DNA of 64,000 nucleotides from Candidatus Marinacidobacterales bacterium (GTDB taxonomy: Bacteria; Acidobacteriota; Vicinamibacteria; Marinacidobacterales; DATDRI01). This document shows positions 9,151-19,411 of the stretch, in pieces. The notes under the pieces are model-generated. The model saw only the letters and a program-made list of their open reading frames with translations. It made no database searches and was not told the origin of the DNA. Position numbers and translations under genes: made by a program. The stretch spans positions 4,256,001 through 4,320,000 of the forward strand of contig CBDCNP010000002.1 in assembly GCA_965219415.1 (NCBI GenBank). The letters are read 5' to 3'. The first letter of the stretch is position 1. Every line of letters begins with the position of its first letter.

Positions 9151-12100
9151 ATGACGAAAATCCGTTGCGCCATCTATACCCGAAAGAGCGCTGAAGAGGG
9201 TCTCGAACAGGATTTCAACTCCCTCGATGCGCAGCGAGAGGCCTGCGCCGCGTATGTCGCGAGCCAGAAAGCGGAGGGCTGGGTGCTGCTGCCAACCGTC
9301 TACGAGGACGCGGGGATCTCGGGAGGAACCCTGGAGCGCCCGGGCCTACAGCGCTTGCTCGCCGACATCGATGCCGGTCTCGTCGAGCAGATTGTGGTCT
9401 ACAAGGTCGACCGGCTGACCCGTTCCCTCTCCGACTTTGCGAAGCTCGTCGAGCGGCTCGAGGCGGCCGGCGCGGTTTTCGTCTCGGTGACTCAGTCCTT
9501 CAACACCGCGACCAGCATGGGACGACTGACGCTACATATGCTGCTGTCCTTCGCACAATTCGAGCGGGAGGTCACGGCCGAGCGGATCCGCGATAAGGTC
9601 GCTGCCTCCAAGCGCAAGGGACTATGGATGGGCGGCCGCGTACCGCTCGGCTATGAGAAGGACGAGCGCACGCTGCGCATCAACGAGGCTGAGGCCGAAA
9701 CGGTCCGGACGCTCTATGCGCTGTACCGGCAGCACGGAACGCTCCGGCAGGTGAAGGCCGACGCGGACCGTATGGGACTGCGCACCAAGCGACGCTTCGC
9801 CGCGGATGGAACCCTAACGGGCGGGCTGCCGTTCCGTCGCGGACACCTCCACTGCCTGCTGACCAATCCTCTCTACGCCGGCCGCATCCGGCACCAGAGG
9901 CGTGTCTACGAGGGCCAGCATCCATCGATCATTGCTCCGGAGCTCTGGGACATTGAGGCCGAATTCGCGCCCGCGCGAACCGTCGTAGCCGACGCAGAGA
10001 AGCGCCTACCAAAGCACCCACTTCTGTGGCGCGGACTCCCAGTGTCCTGCGCCTTCACACTTGTTTACCCGAAGTCGCTACAAGGCATGCCCGAGAGCCG
10101 GGCACGAACAGAACTGGAAACCTGCAACGACCTGAGATTCTCACAACTATTACCAAAAGAATTAGGGACACAATACCGTCTGTTCGCTGACCTGCACAGC
10201 ACAGCGACCAGCATCGGAACAACAGGAGGGTCAATCCGGACCCTCGCCGACTGTTTACATAGTTTCTGGCTACGTGCAGAAACCAGCAGTTTTGTCGAAG
10301 ATACTATCCGCGAGGCATCCAGCGCAATCGCACGCGCGAGCGAATTCCTGAAGAATGTTGGCGCACTACACCCACATGCGGGAGAGGACAGCGACGCGGC
10401 CGCAACGAGCGCTCTGATCTGGCTGAACGCCCTCCTGTTCCAGGAACTTCTCGCACAAAACTTGGCACCAGAGTCTCTCCCCGAGGAACACCGCAACAAA
10501 CGCATCCGGCCACCGGATCCCGAGGCGGACCCGGATACGCTGAGAGGTCAGTGGAAGGACATCCTCGACATTAACTGGTGGCCAATCTTTCACTACGCAA
10601 CAGAGGCACTTCGATCAGTCCCTTCACGACCGGCTGCGCTTGCACTGTCGGAACTGCAACCTGTAGCACGAACCATCGCGAAGCGCGGCGTGATCCGCCG
10701 CCACGATATCGCCGGACGAATCTTCCATCGCCTGCTGAAGACACGGAAGTTCCTCGCCACCAACTACACGACGATTCCGGCAGCCATTCTCCTGGCGAGA
10801 CTTGCGTTCGACCGTGAAGCAGAACCTTGGAAAAAGATCGTGTGGGAGAACCCCAAGGCAATTGGCAAACTGCGAATCGCCGACCCGGCGTGCGGCACCG
10901 GCACCTTGCTGATGGCGGCCGTCCAGGAGGTGCTAAAACAACATCGGCGTCACGCCAAACAGACAGAAGAACCACAAACGGTGCGCACGTTGCTGGAACA
11001 GACAATCCATGGGTACGACGTCGTTCCGGCGGCGATCCACCTTACCGCGGCCACCCTGGCAATGGCAGAGTCTCGGCAGGTCGTGAGTGACATGCCTCTA
11101 TACTGGATGCCGCACGACGTCAAGATACGGCCGCGCCTCGGCAGCCTTGACTTCCTTGCGAGGTCAACAGGAAAAGGCCAAGCGGACCACTTGCCGATGT
11201 TCCCGGAAGCCACGGAAGCTCCTGTCCGGACAACAGGAACTGGCAAGCGCAAGCACGACGTGTTGTTCATGCCAGATTGCGACTTGGTGATAGCGAACCC
11301 GCCATACACACGCGCCGGCGGGCCGGGCAGCAGAGAAAACACTGCCTGGAACCCAATCTTCGGCTCCGTCCTGTCAAAGAAGGACGCGGACAAAATGAAC
11401 CGAGCGCTCCAGCGAACCCTCAACGGCACGCCGGCAAGCACGTACGCCGGACTCGGTTCCGCATTCATAACACTCGCCGACGAGAAACTGAAACCAGGTG
11501 GCCGACTAGCATTCGTGCTACCCGCAACAGCTCTGACCGGAAGCCGCTGGGCACCAATACGGAAACTGCTGCTCGATAAGTACAACATCGAATGGGTTGT
11601 CGTGAGTCACGACGAAAGGAACCGGGCCGCAAGGCGCGGGTTGCCAGGAAGACTATATGTAGGATTCTCTGAATCAACCCGGATCGCCGAAACGCTCATC
11701 GTCGCTACGAAGGCGGCGCACCCTGGAGACCACCGCAAGCGGAGCGGCGTTACCCGATTCGTAAACCTCCGGCGCAACCCTGACGAGCCAATCGACGCGA
11801 TTGCAATCGCACGTGCCATTCTGTCGATGAAGACGCGACCGGGATCCAGGCCAAATGTGGAAGTCTCAGTCGGATCAACTATCTGGGGAGAAATACAGTA
11901 TGTCCCACAAGCAAAGCTAAACGAGGAGGCGTGGCTACACACCGTGTTCGTGCAATCACGACTGGCCGAAGCCACCCTCGCCCTGCAGAATGGAAGAATT
12001 CTCAACATCACGAACAAGGAATTACGGATCCCGATCACTCGCCTCGGGACGAGGCACGACCTCGGACCCTACGAAATGCAGATCAAGAATCCAAAGCAAG

Positions 12101-12747
12101 GACTCTTCACAATCACGGAAACGAATGATCCGCGCAGGGCCGGGCACCCAGCGCTGTGGCATCACAGCAGCACAGAAATAACGACGCTCGAGAGGAAAGC
12201 GAACGCACGACTACATGAGCGCGACGACAAGTCATCCATAAAACAAAAGGCGATGCTGGCCAGGAGCGGCCACCTACACATCGCGCGGGAACTCCGACAC
12301 GCACCACAACGGCTCGCGGCCGTAGTGACGAAGGAAGCAATGCTCGGGGTTCGTTCCTGGATCACAGCCATCCCCAAAGAGCGGATTGCAGGAGAAGAAG
12401 AAGCGCTGTGCCTGTGGCTGAACAGCACTCCAGGACTAATGCTACGCCTCGGCCACGCCAATCGACCGTACTTGGGCCGGAGCGCAGTACCACATGAGCT
12501 TCTCTACACCTTCCCGATCCTCGCGGTCGAGCAACTCTCGAAAGAACAACGACGAGCAGCACGCGAACTATTCAGTGACCTAAAAGGGAGACCGCTACAG
12601 GGCTTCGCACAGTTGGCTGAGGATCCAGTACGCCGTGAACTAGACCACCGGCTCTTTGCAGAAGTGCTCGGTCACGATTTCGCCGATGGACTTGACAAGC
12701 TCGCAGAGGCTCTGAATCGAGAGCCGACGATCACCGCAAGGCACTAA
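9151..12747 (+). CDS. Fusion ORF: large serine recombinase N-terminal part (aa 1-267) + type IIG-like adenine methyltransferase/TRD
   Basis: IYTRKS..SLDAQ, VYKVDRLTRS, recombinase domain; abrupt change near 9951; then DPACGTGT (motif I) and NPPY (motif IV). Confidence 0.8.
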   Translation: MTKIRCAIYTRKSAEEGLEQDFNSLDAQREACAAYVASQKAEGWVLLPTVYEDAGISGGTLERPGLQRLLADIDAGLVEQIVVYKVDRLTRSLSDFAKLVERLEAAGAVFVSVTQSFNTATSMGRLTLHMLLSFAQFEREVTAERIRDKVAASKRKGLWMGGRVPLGYEKDERTLRINEAEAETVRTLYALYRQHGTLRQVKADADRMGLRTKRRFAADGTLTGGLPFRRGHLHCLLTNPLYAGRIRHQRRVYEGQHPSIIAPELWDIEAEFAPARTVVADAEKRLPKHPLLWRGLPVSCAFTLVYPKSLQGMPESRARTELETCNDLRFSQLLPKELGTQYRLFADLHSTATSIGTTGGSIRTLADCLHSFWLRAETSSFVEDTIREASSAIARASEFLKNVGALHPHAGEDSDAAATSALIWLNALLFQELLAQNLAPESLPEEHRNKRIRPPDPEADPDTLRGQWKDILDINWWPIFHYATEALRSVPSRPAALALSELQPVARTIAKRGVIRRHDIAGRIFHRLLKTRKFLATNYTTIPAAILLARLAFDREAEPWKKIVWENPKAIGKLRIADPACGTGTLLMAAVQEVLKQHRRHAKQTEEPQTVRTLLEQTIHGYDVVPAAIHLTAATLAMAESRQVVSDMPLYWMPHDVKIRPRLGSLDFLARSTGKGQADHLPMFPEATEAPVRTTGTGKRKHDVLFMPDCDLVIANPPYTRAGGPGSRENTAWNPIFGSVLSKKDADKMNRALQRTLNGTPASTYAGLGSAFITLADEKLKPGGRLAFVLPATALTGSRWAPIRKLLLDKYNIEWVVVSHDERNRAARRGLPGRLYVGFSESTRIAETLIVATKAAHPGDHRKRSGVTRFVNLRRNPDEPIDAIAIARAILSMKTRPGSRPNVEVSVGSTIWGEIQYVPQAKLNEEAWLHTVFVQSRLAEATLALQNGRILNITNKELRIPITRLGTRHDLGPYEMQIKNPKQGLFTITETNDPRRAGHPALWHHSSTEITTLERKANARLHERDDKSSIKQKAMLARSGHLHIARELRHAPQRLAAVVTKEAMLGVRSWITAIPKERIAGEEEALCLWLNSTPGLMLRLGHANRPYLGRSAVPHELLYTFPILAVEQLSKEQRRAARELFSDLKGRPLQGFAQLAEDPVRRELDHRLFAEVLGHDFADGLDKLAEALNREPTITARH

Positions 12748-12772
12748 AGAACGCGTTGTTCGCCGCGAGAAG

Positions 12773-13479
12773 CTAGGTGATATCGGCGACCCACAGGCGG
12801 TCGGGCCGGTCCACCTCGAAATTCCTGTCGACGAGATCGGGGGCGGGACGGGCGTCGTCACAGCGAATCGTAGTGTGCGCCCTCTTGCGCCGGTGAACAC
12901 CTTGAATGCCAGCCTCGCGCATTAGCCGCGCTACACGCTTGCGTGAGACGTGGAGCTCGTGTGTCTCTCGTAGCTCGTGGAGGATCCTCGGCGCGCCGTA
13001 CGTGCTCCGCGACGCGGTGTGAATCGCCCGGATCTTCTCAAGCAACTCCGCATCCGACACCGCGCGGGCCGACGGGGCACGCTCAAGCCACGCATAGTAG
13101 CCGCTGGCGGAGACGTCCAGCAGTCGGCACATCGTGGCAACCGGTAGTGAATCCTGGTTCGCCCTCACGAATCGGAAGGCTTCGGTGGTACCGACTCGGT
13201 CTCCCGAGCGAACCAGGCCGCGGCTTTTGAGAGGATCTCCCGCTCCAACCGTAGTTGACGGTTCTCCCGTCGCAGGCGGCGGAGCTCCGCACGCTCCTCA
13301 CTCGTCAGACCGTCCTGCCTGCGACCCTCGTCGAGATCCGCCTGGTTCACCCAGTTCCGGATCGTCTGGCCCGAGGGCTCAAACTCTCGCGCCAGCTCTT
13401 CGGAGCCGCGGCCAGCTCGCACCAGCTCTACCATTTGGCGCCGGAACTCGGCCGCGTATCTGTTTCCCTGCTTTGACAT
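12773..13479 (-). mobile_element. IS3-family element remnant (orfA intact, orfB 3'-truncated)
   Basis: OrfA YAAEFRRQMV..LEREILSKAAAWF; OrfB YGAPRI..RKRVARLMR..PDRLWVADIT then stop. Confidence 0.9.
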
Positions 13480-13501
13480 CGTGGACTCCTGTCTCCCAAA
13501 G

Positions 13502-13667
13502 GGTGCTTGCGCTGTTTACTGTTGGTGATGTGTACGCATCCCTTTGCAAAAGAGGCGCTTACGCTCCATTTAGCGCGCAGCGAAGGTCACGAGCGCTATT
13601 TTGGCTGTAACTTAATGCACCGTAACGTCTTAGCGTCACATCACCAACACTTGATGACGGAAGCACC
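13502..13667 (+). mobile_element. 166-bp MITE with IS1-like TIRs (family G1)
   Basis: GGTGCTTGCG...CGGAAGCACC; other copies at 36780-36945 and 60481-60646, partial at 17827-17948 and 50449-50558. Confidence 0.9.
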
Positions 13668-13711
13668 CCAAGTGTTGGGGCAATCGGTAGAGATCGAATT
13701 AGATTTTTTTT

Positions 13712-14017
13712 CTAGCTCCCCGCTGCTGAGCGTAGAGGCTCATAGCGCTCGACCTCGATCTCATTCTCTCTCGCCTGCGCTTGAGTGACATCGTAGGCCG
13801 CCTGCAACCGTATCCAGCTCTCCGTTGTCGAACCGAAAGCCTTGGCCAACCGAACCGCCATGTCACCGGAAATCCGGGCACGGCAATTCACTAGGTTCGA
13901 GAGCGCTTGGCGGCTGACCCCGAGCACCTTCGCACCTTCGGTGACGGTGAGGCTGAGCGGTTCCAGACAGGATACGCGCACCACCTTGCCGGGGTGCGGC
14001 GGGTTCTTCATCGGCAT
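13712..14017 (-). CDS. higA: HigA-family antitoxin
   Basis: PPHPG..LGVSRQALSNLVN..MAVRLAKAFG..WIRLQAAYD. Confidence 0.9.
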   Translation of the reverse strand: MPMKNPPHPGKVVRVSCLEPLSLTVTEGAKVLGVSRQALSNLVNCRARISGDMAVRLAKAFGSTTESWIRLQAAYDVTQAQARENEIEVERYEPLRSAAGS

Positions 14018-14033
14018 CGCGGTTCTCCCTTCA

Positions 14034-14312
14034 TCAGTGATAGTCGATCAGCTCCACATCGTAGACGTCTCCATCCTCGAAACGGAAGATGATGCGCCAG
14101 TTGGCTCTCACGGTGACCGACCAGTAGCCCTTGAGTTTTCCCTTGAGGGCATGCAACCGGTATTTCGGCAGGCGCATTGCTTTAGGTGAGCTGGCGACAT
14201 CGAGCTGGGCGAGCATCACCTCCACCCTTTCGTGCAGGTCGGACCGGATGACGCTACGGTCGTCCCGTTCGTAGAAGCGCTTGAGTCCACGATGTCGGAA
14301 GCTCCGTATCAT
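14034..14312 (-). CDS. higB: HigB-family toxin
   Basis: MIRSFRHRGL..LHALKG..WSVTVRANWRIIFRF..IDYH. Confidence 0.9.
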   Translation of the reverse strand: MIRSFRHRGLKRFYERDDRSVIRSDLHERVEVMLAQLDVASSPKAMRLPKYRLHALKGKLKGYWSVTVRANWRIIFRFEDGDVYDVELIDYH

Positions 14313-14496
14313 TCACAAAATGTACAGTGTCTAATGACACTTGTCAATAAACGGTTGTGCCCGTATGGTGCAAAAACTCAGCCGGTCATCTTCGGCGGCC
14401 GTAAGTAGGTGTCCACGCGGCTCCTTTTTGGACGGTGCCGGCCATGGACAACGATGTCCCTGGGAATGTCATGACGTGAACCCGCATGCGTTAACC

Positions 14497-14522
14497 TTGT
14501 CCACGAAACCGGGTCAACTCCA
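14497..14522. repeat. IS3-type terminal inverted repeat
   Basis: TGTCCACGAAACCGGGTCAACTCCA, i.e. TGGAGTTGACCCGGTTTCGTGGACA on the minus strand. Confidence 0.65.
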
Positions 14523-14656
14523 CCCCGACGAGACGCGCCCGCACTGCGGGCACTCCTTCGGTCTCTCCGTCACCCACAGCGCCAGTCCAAACCCTAGTCC
14601 GAATGTTACAATCACGGCTCCCTCAACCGATCCACCAGCCGGCGGCAGTGGCACCC

Positions 14657-14915
14657 CGTCCTGTGCCAAAACTCGGCCCTTTTGAAATAGCCCATAAATC
14701 AGCAACTTAGAGTCTGTGTTTTGCGACCGAGCCAAGGGCCTGGGCTCTACAATCGTCTGGCTCGAGGGCGTCCTGTGCTAAAACTCGGCCCTTTAGAAAT
14801 AGACCACAAATCAGCAGCTTAGACGCTCTTGGAATCCGCGCAGAATCCAGGGTATTTCGCGCCGCAGGGCTGACTTCCGACCCATGGGCTGGCGGATGAA
14901 TAAATAGAAGGCACA
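14657..14915 (+). mobile_element. A-end remnant (14657-14768) followed directly by A/B mini-element copy 2 (14769-14915)
   Basis: Sequence identity to 1102-1230 and 7017-7164. Confidence 0.85.
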
Positions 14916-15566
14916 GGTTTGCATCACAACTGTTTCACGCCCTTCCCGGCGAAACTCACGAGCTAGATCCTCGGCATCCGCCCGATAAACGAATTCCCCG
15001 ACCCAAACACGATAGTAGAGCCGACCGCTCGCCCGGAATCCAGAGATCTCGACCGGATGATGTCCTTCCCGCTTGATCTCATCGGCGAGCTCTTTGGCGG
15101 CCGACTCGTCGCGGAACGAGCCGAGCTGGACTCTCCAACGGGTGGCCAGACGACTTTGATCTACTTGGATGACTTCAATCTGGACCGGCGCTACGCCCTT
15201 TTGGACCATGTCGATCGCCTTCGCCGCGCCGTAGGAAAGATCCAGGACCCGTCCGTCGATAAAAGGGCCCCGGTCGTTGACCACCACCACCACGCTGCGC
15301 CCGTTATCGGGGTCGGTGACCCGCAACACGGTGCCGAAGGGAAAGGTCCGATGGGCTGCAGTGAACCGTTCAGGGTCCATCGGCTCTCCGCTCGCGGTGG
15401 CCCGACCTTCTTCTTCCAGCCCGTACCAGGAAGCAAGGCCCTCGAAAGTGGTTCCGCGAAGCGGAGCCGGGGCTGGCGTGCCGGAGGGTGTCGTCGCCGA
15501 CGGTCCGCGGCTGGCACAGGCCGCGACAAAAGAGCAAAGCAGGATTGTGGGGAAAGTCCGCTTCAC
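14811..15566 (-). CDS. RlpA-family lytic transglycosylase lipoprotein (DPBB + SPOR); last 34 aa come from the mini-element
   Basis: Lipobox VAAC; GLASWYG..TASGE..TAAHRTFPFGT..VNDRGPF..LDLSYGAA; VQLGSF. Confidence 0.85.
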   Translation of the reverse strand: MKRTFPTILLCSFVAACASRGPSATTPSGTPAPAPLRGTTFEGLASWYGLEEEGRATASGEPMDPERFTAAHRTFPFGTVLRVTDPDNGRSVVVVVNDRGPFIDGRVLDLSYGAAKAIDMVQKGVAPVQIEVIQVDQSRLATRWRVQLGSFRDESAAKELADEIKREGHHPVEISGFRASGRLYYRVWVGEFVYRADAEDLAREFRREGRETVVMQTCAFYLFIRQPMGRKSALRREIPWILRGFQERLSC

Positions 15567-15590
15567 AAACTTTGATTATACCTGCTTTGC

Positions 15591-15707
15591 CGTCGTGTCC
15601 GAACGGGAGAACCCGACGTGGGGATATACGCGCCTGCGGGCGCAGTCAAGAGCCTCGGACATGAACTCGGACGCAACACCATCAAGAGGGTTGTGCCTTC
15701 TATTTAT
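15591..15707 (+). pseudogene. D-end stub + rve transposase fragment + B-end stub
   Basis: CGTCGTGTCC; [23 protein letters not shown]; TGTGCCTTCTATTTATT at 15692. Confidence 0.75.
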
Positions 15708-15737
15708 TGGGGATTATATACGAAAGTCCCGAAAGCG

Positions 15738-16019
15738 ATGATTAAGGTGGACGAAGCATTTTGTCAGCGTTGCGACTCGCCAGGGGGGAGGGAAACGTTA
15801 CGGAATCAAGTATGTATGCCACTCGACGGTCGCGTGCAATGTATTGACTTCTGTATTCATAAAATCGTCGCGGCCTTGAACGCCGGCGGAATCCGTACCG
15901 TGGCTAGTTGCTGCGGGCATGGAAATATACCAGGGCGCATCGACTTAGATGATGGAAGGACGCTGGCAATAGTGAATGATTCCGCTCAGCTTGTGTGGCA
16001 GTCGTTAGAGCAGAAATAG
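15738..16019 (+). CDS. Small Cys-rich hypothetical protein (phage-like)
   Basis: IDFCIHKIVAALNAGGIRTVASCCGHG. Confidence 0.5.
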   Translation: MIKVDEAFCQRCDSPGGRETLRNQVCMPLDGRVQCIDFCIHKIVAALNAGGIRTVASCCGHGNIPGRIDLDDGRTLAIVNDSAQLVWQSLEQK

Positions 16020-16192
16020 CATCCGTTCACCTGCGTATAGTATTTGAGCGCTTCAACAACCGCTGGGACGCAGGAATGGAAATCGCCGAGATAAATTCGG
16101 TTCTCAGTGAACGGTAGCCAGGCGCATCCTGCCTTGTGAACTTCATGATCTCCATTCGATTGTTCGTTCCTGTTCACATAGTAGCGTGCCAT
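15986..16192 (-). CDS. Small conserved putative metal-binding protein
   Basis: YYVN..NGDHEVH..C...NGCYFCS..CH; RBS-like AGGGA upstream. Confidence 0.65.
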   Translation of the reverse strand: MARYYVNRNEQSNGDHEVHKAGCAWLPFTENRIYLGDFHSCVPAVVEALKYYTQVNGCYFCSNDCHTS

Positions 16193-16230
16193 TATGTGGT
16201 CCCTTTCTGGATGAGTCCTCAAACCATCGC

Positions 16231-16449
16231 CTAGTTTCGTGGGGGGCGTCGATTCCTCGGCTTGTCGATGAGCCGGACGTTGATCGGGTCTTTCAACAGT
16301 AGCTGCGCCAGTTCCTCCGGCGTCATCGGCTCCTTGAGTGCAAAGCCGTCTAGCATCTCCGCCTTGGTCGGCTGGTAGTCCGAACTCACAAACTCCACGG
16401 TCTTGGGCTTACTGTTCTTTGCCACTTCCTTTCTCCCTCCTAGTTCCAT
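16231..16449 (-). CDS. Hypothetical protein
   Basis: ORF with YQPTKAEM..TPEELA motif; RBS-like GGAGG before a GTG near 16424. Confidence 0.45.
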   Translation of the reverse strand: MELGGRKEVAKNSKPKTVEFVSSDYQPTKAEMLDGFALKEPMTPEELAQLLLKDPINVRLIDKPRNRRPPRN

Positions 16450-16506
16450 AGATGAAACACCAACCTGACGAGTATTCCAATAGCGCTGGCCAGGGTTGCG
16501 ATTATC

Positions 16507-17706
16507 GGTGCTTCCGCCATCAAGTGTTGCTACGCTGCTGCGGGCAGTGGTACAGGTTCGGAAGAGACCGGGTTGCGCGCCCTACTGAGCAGGAAAACCT
16601 CGATCCGCGACCACAAAGGAATCGTCGTCGCCAAGAAGATGTCTCGAAAGGTGAGCCGTCGCGTGGTCAGACCGGCCTGCATAGCCGGAGTTCGGATCTC
16701 ACGTCCGAACTTCAGAGCTCCGTGCGGTCGGACGAAGTTGTAATAGCAACGGAGCAACTCCAGGTGCTCATCGAGCCTCTCCGTCGAGCGAGCGTGGGAA
16801 AGCGTTCGTCTCGAAAGGTATGCCGAGCTTTGCCGGATGGTCAGATTCAACCGCTCGATAAACGACGTGTTCAATGTCGAAGAGTCCTCGGAGTTATTGA
16901 GCGCGTCTTCGAATCGCCACGCGGCTCCGTGCAGCGCTCTCCGTTCGACCTTGATGATGCGATCGTTCCTGCGCGTTTTTAGGACCTGGCCGTAGAGACA
17001 CGCTGGACCGAAGAAGCGACGGATGACCTTCTGGTAGAATTCGAATCCATCCGTGACGATCAGGGGAAGACGCTCGAAATTCATCCGTCTCGAAAGGTCG
17101 CGAAACAGAGCGTGAGTGTTCCGGTAGCTTCGCCTTCCCGTCACCGTCGATGGCCAGAGCCGAGACCAGACCTCGATTGTAACGAAAACCCAACTCGGTG
17201 TCTTCTTGTTGCCCGCGAACGTGCGAATCTCGTCGGCTTGAAGCTCTTCGGCAGCGAAGCCAGCGATCCTTCTGTGATTGAATCGACGACACACTTGGGC
17301 TGCCTTCTCGAGCCAGCGGGCGACGGTGTTCCAGGCAATCCCTTTGATCCGGGAAATCGAGGAAATGCTGACACCCTCGACTCTGAGAGCGATGACCACA
17401 TCGAAAGTAGCTCTTCGATGTTGGAGACGGTAGTAGGGCGTGCCTTTCGTCGAGGAGAACGTCTTTCCGCACTCGCCGCACCGGTATCGACGGCGTTTCC
17501 CGGACCTGGTTCGGTAGAATCCGTGGCGAACGATGTTTCCGGAACTGACTTTGCCCCGCAACGGACATGCGAGATTGAGACATCTGCGATTCTTCACTTT
17601 GGCTCGGCCCTGACGATGAGAGAACTGTGTCTTCGGAATTCTGGTCCAAACTCTAGCACGCAGACGGGTTAGGGGCTGGCCGCCAACACTTAATTGCGGA
17701 AGCACC
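16507..17706 (-). mobile_element. IS1-family-like element, complete, 1200 bp
   Basis: TIRs GGTGCTTCCGC..AAGTGTTG; single ORF with zinc finger (C..C/CGEC), HTH, LQADE, VTDG, IERLN. Confidence 0.85.
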
Positions 17707-17826
17707 GGAAAGTCGAGGAGCTTCGCAACGAGCTTCTCCCGCAAGGCACGTCGGAGGAATCAGCAGCTTAACCGAGCGCGGGGAACCGTACGGAGATTTG
17801 ACAGGAAAATTAAGACTTGACCCTAA

Positions 17827-17948
17827 CGGTGCATTAAATTACAGCCAAATTAGCGTTCGTGACCTTCGCTGCGCGCTAAATGGAGCGTAAGCGCCTTTTT
17901 TTGCAAAGGGATGCGTACACATCACCAACAGTAAACGGCGCAAGCACC
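17827..17948 (-). mobile_element. G1 MITE, partial
   Basis: Reverse-complement match to 13502-13625. Confidence 0.85.
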
Positions 17949-18011
17949 CCTCGATGGCCGGGAGGCAGCGAATCACGGGTGTTGCTGTTGGGTGTCGAGA
18001 GCACAAACCCT

Positions 18012-19400
18012 TCAGCGAGGCGTTGCTGAAAGGGCGGGTGAGGCTGACCATCCCCGACGGTTGGTATGAAAACGTCTGTAATCCTCAAAGGCGAACCAGA
18101 TTGTAATCAGAGTTGCCACTACAGCTATCACCAAAAACAATTCAATCACGCTCTGCCACCCCCACGTTACAACCATTCTGCCACCTGCAATGAGATATAG
18201 CATTGAAGCGAAATAGGCAGCAGCATCTACTAGCCCTACCAGCAGACCGCTGTGTTTTCCGCCAAATTCGTTAGAAAAGACACTCGGTGGCAGATAGTAC
18301 GTTGGAGCAAGTGTGAATCCGTAAAAAAACAGAATCACAATCGCAAGAGGAAATTTGAAGGAATCCGGAATCATTGGCAGCTCCTTCAAACACCACAGTG
18401 CTGCAACGCAAACGCTGGTAGCTCCCAACAGTCCACCTAAGAGACCGACTCTTCCCTTTCGTGAGACGCCGTCATATATGAATCCTCCCGCAACCAAGGC
18501 AAGCAAACATCCGAGTGGAAATGCGGAGGCCCAAGAAGCGGCCTGCGCAGATGATACCCCTTCAAAAGAAGCAAGATAAAGCGGCAGAAAAATAAGAAAA
18601 TCCATCAATATAGTCGTACACATGAGACTCAAGCAGATTAGCCAGAAACGTCCGCTTCTTGCGAAAGCCCATAGTGCTTCGGCTGGATTCTTGTCATCTA
18701 GAAAGTGAGGTGCGTTCTGTTCAGTATTGGGCTCGTCTTGTCTACCAGAGCCTTCTGGCGCGACTTGATCCTCCAAAGCTGGAAGCCCAACATCCTTCGG
18801 GTGCGCTTTAAGATAGAAAAAGATACCTGCTGCTACGCATAGACTCATGACCCCGGCAGTACGAAATACATTTTGCCAGGAGAACACTGTGAGCAGCGTT
18901 CCCAAAAATATCAGTGATATGGAAGCACTCAGACGAGAACTGGTTGAAAGCGCGCTCCACACTCGGCCATATTTTGTCGACGGATACCATACCGAAATGA
19001 TACTTGCCATGGAGGGCCAGCTTGCTGCCATTGCAAACAGCATAAAGAAATTTATAGTCGCAAAGAGGGTAGTAGAGGTGCCCCAGCTAAAGGTAACTGT
19101 GAGGAAGGCAGTGACAGAGAGAGCCATTAAGAATACTCTCCGTCCACCGAGCCAATCTGCAATCACTCCGGTAAGGAGTTTTCCCGCAATCATTCCCGCC
19201 ATTCCCCAGGCTGCAATATCCCCGTAGCTGGCTTCGTCAAGTTCGAGGTTGGGATCGTTTATCATTTCAGGGCTTGCGACTGCGAGAGCTGTCCTGGAGA
19301 GAATGAATGCCATATACCCGATATACATGCTACCGAGGATAGTGAACTCCCAATGTGTTCTGTTCTGAGCCAACGCATTGTTTGGGATCCGCGACTGAGG
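18012..19400 (-). CDS. MFS transporter (GlpT/UhpC-like); true 5' end uncertain
   Basis: About 12 hydrophobic segments; GVIADWLGGRR motif A; visibly more AT-rich than neighbours. Confidence 0.8.
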   Translation of the reverse strand, partial: PQSRIPNNALAQNRTHWEFTILGSMYIGYMAFILSRTALAVASPEMINDPNLELDEASYGDIAAWGMAGMIAGKLLTGVIADWLGGRRVFLMALSVTAFLTVTFSWGTSTTLFATINFFMLFAMAASWPSMASIISVWYPSTKYGRVWSALSTSSRLSASISLIFLGTLLTVFSWQNVFRTAGVMSLCVAAGIFFYLKAHPKDVGLPALEDQVAPEGSGRQDEPNTEQNAPHFLDDKNPAEALWAFARSGRFWLICLSLMCTTILMDFLIFLPLYLASFEGVSSAQAASWASAFPLGCLLALVAGGFIYDGVSRKGRVGLLGGLLGATSVCVAALWCLKELPMIPDSFKFPLAIVILFFYGFTLAPTYYLPPSVFSNEFGGKHSGLLVGLVDAAAYFASMLYLIAGGRMVVTWGWQSVIELFLVIAVVATLITIWFAFEDYRRFHTNRRGWSASPALSATPR

Positions 19401-19411
19401 GAGCATCCACC

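Noticed and set aside
16452-17672. Long antisense or alternative-frame ORFs over transposases and GC-rich genes (also 23299-24207, 35204-36091, 48976-49782)
   Set aside because: Shadow ORFs of recognised genes
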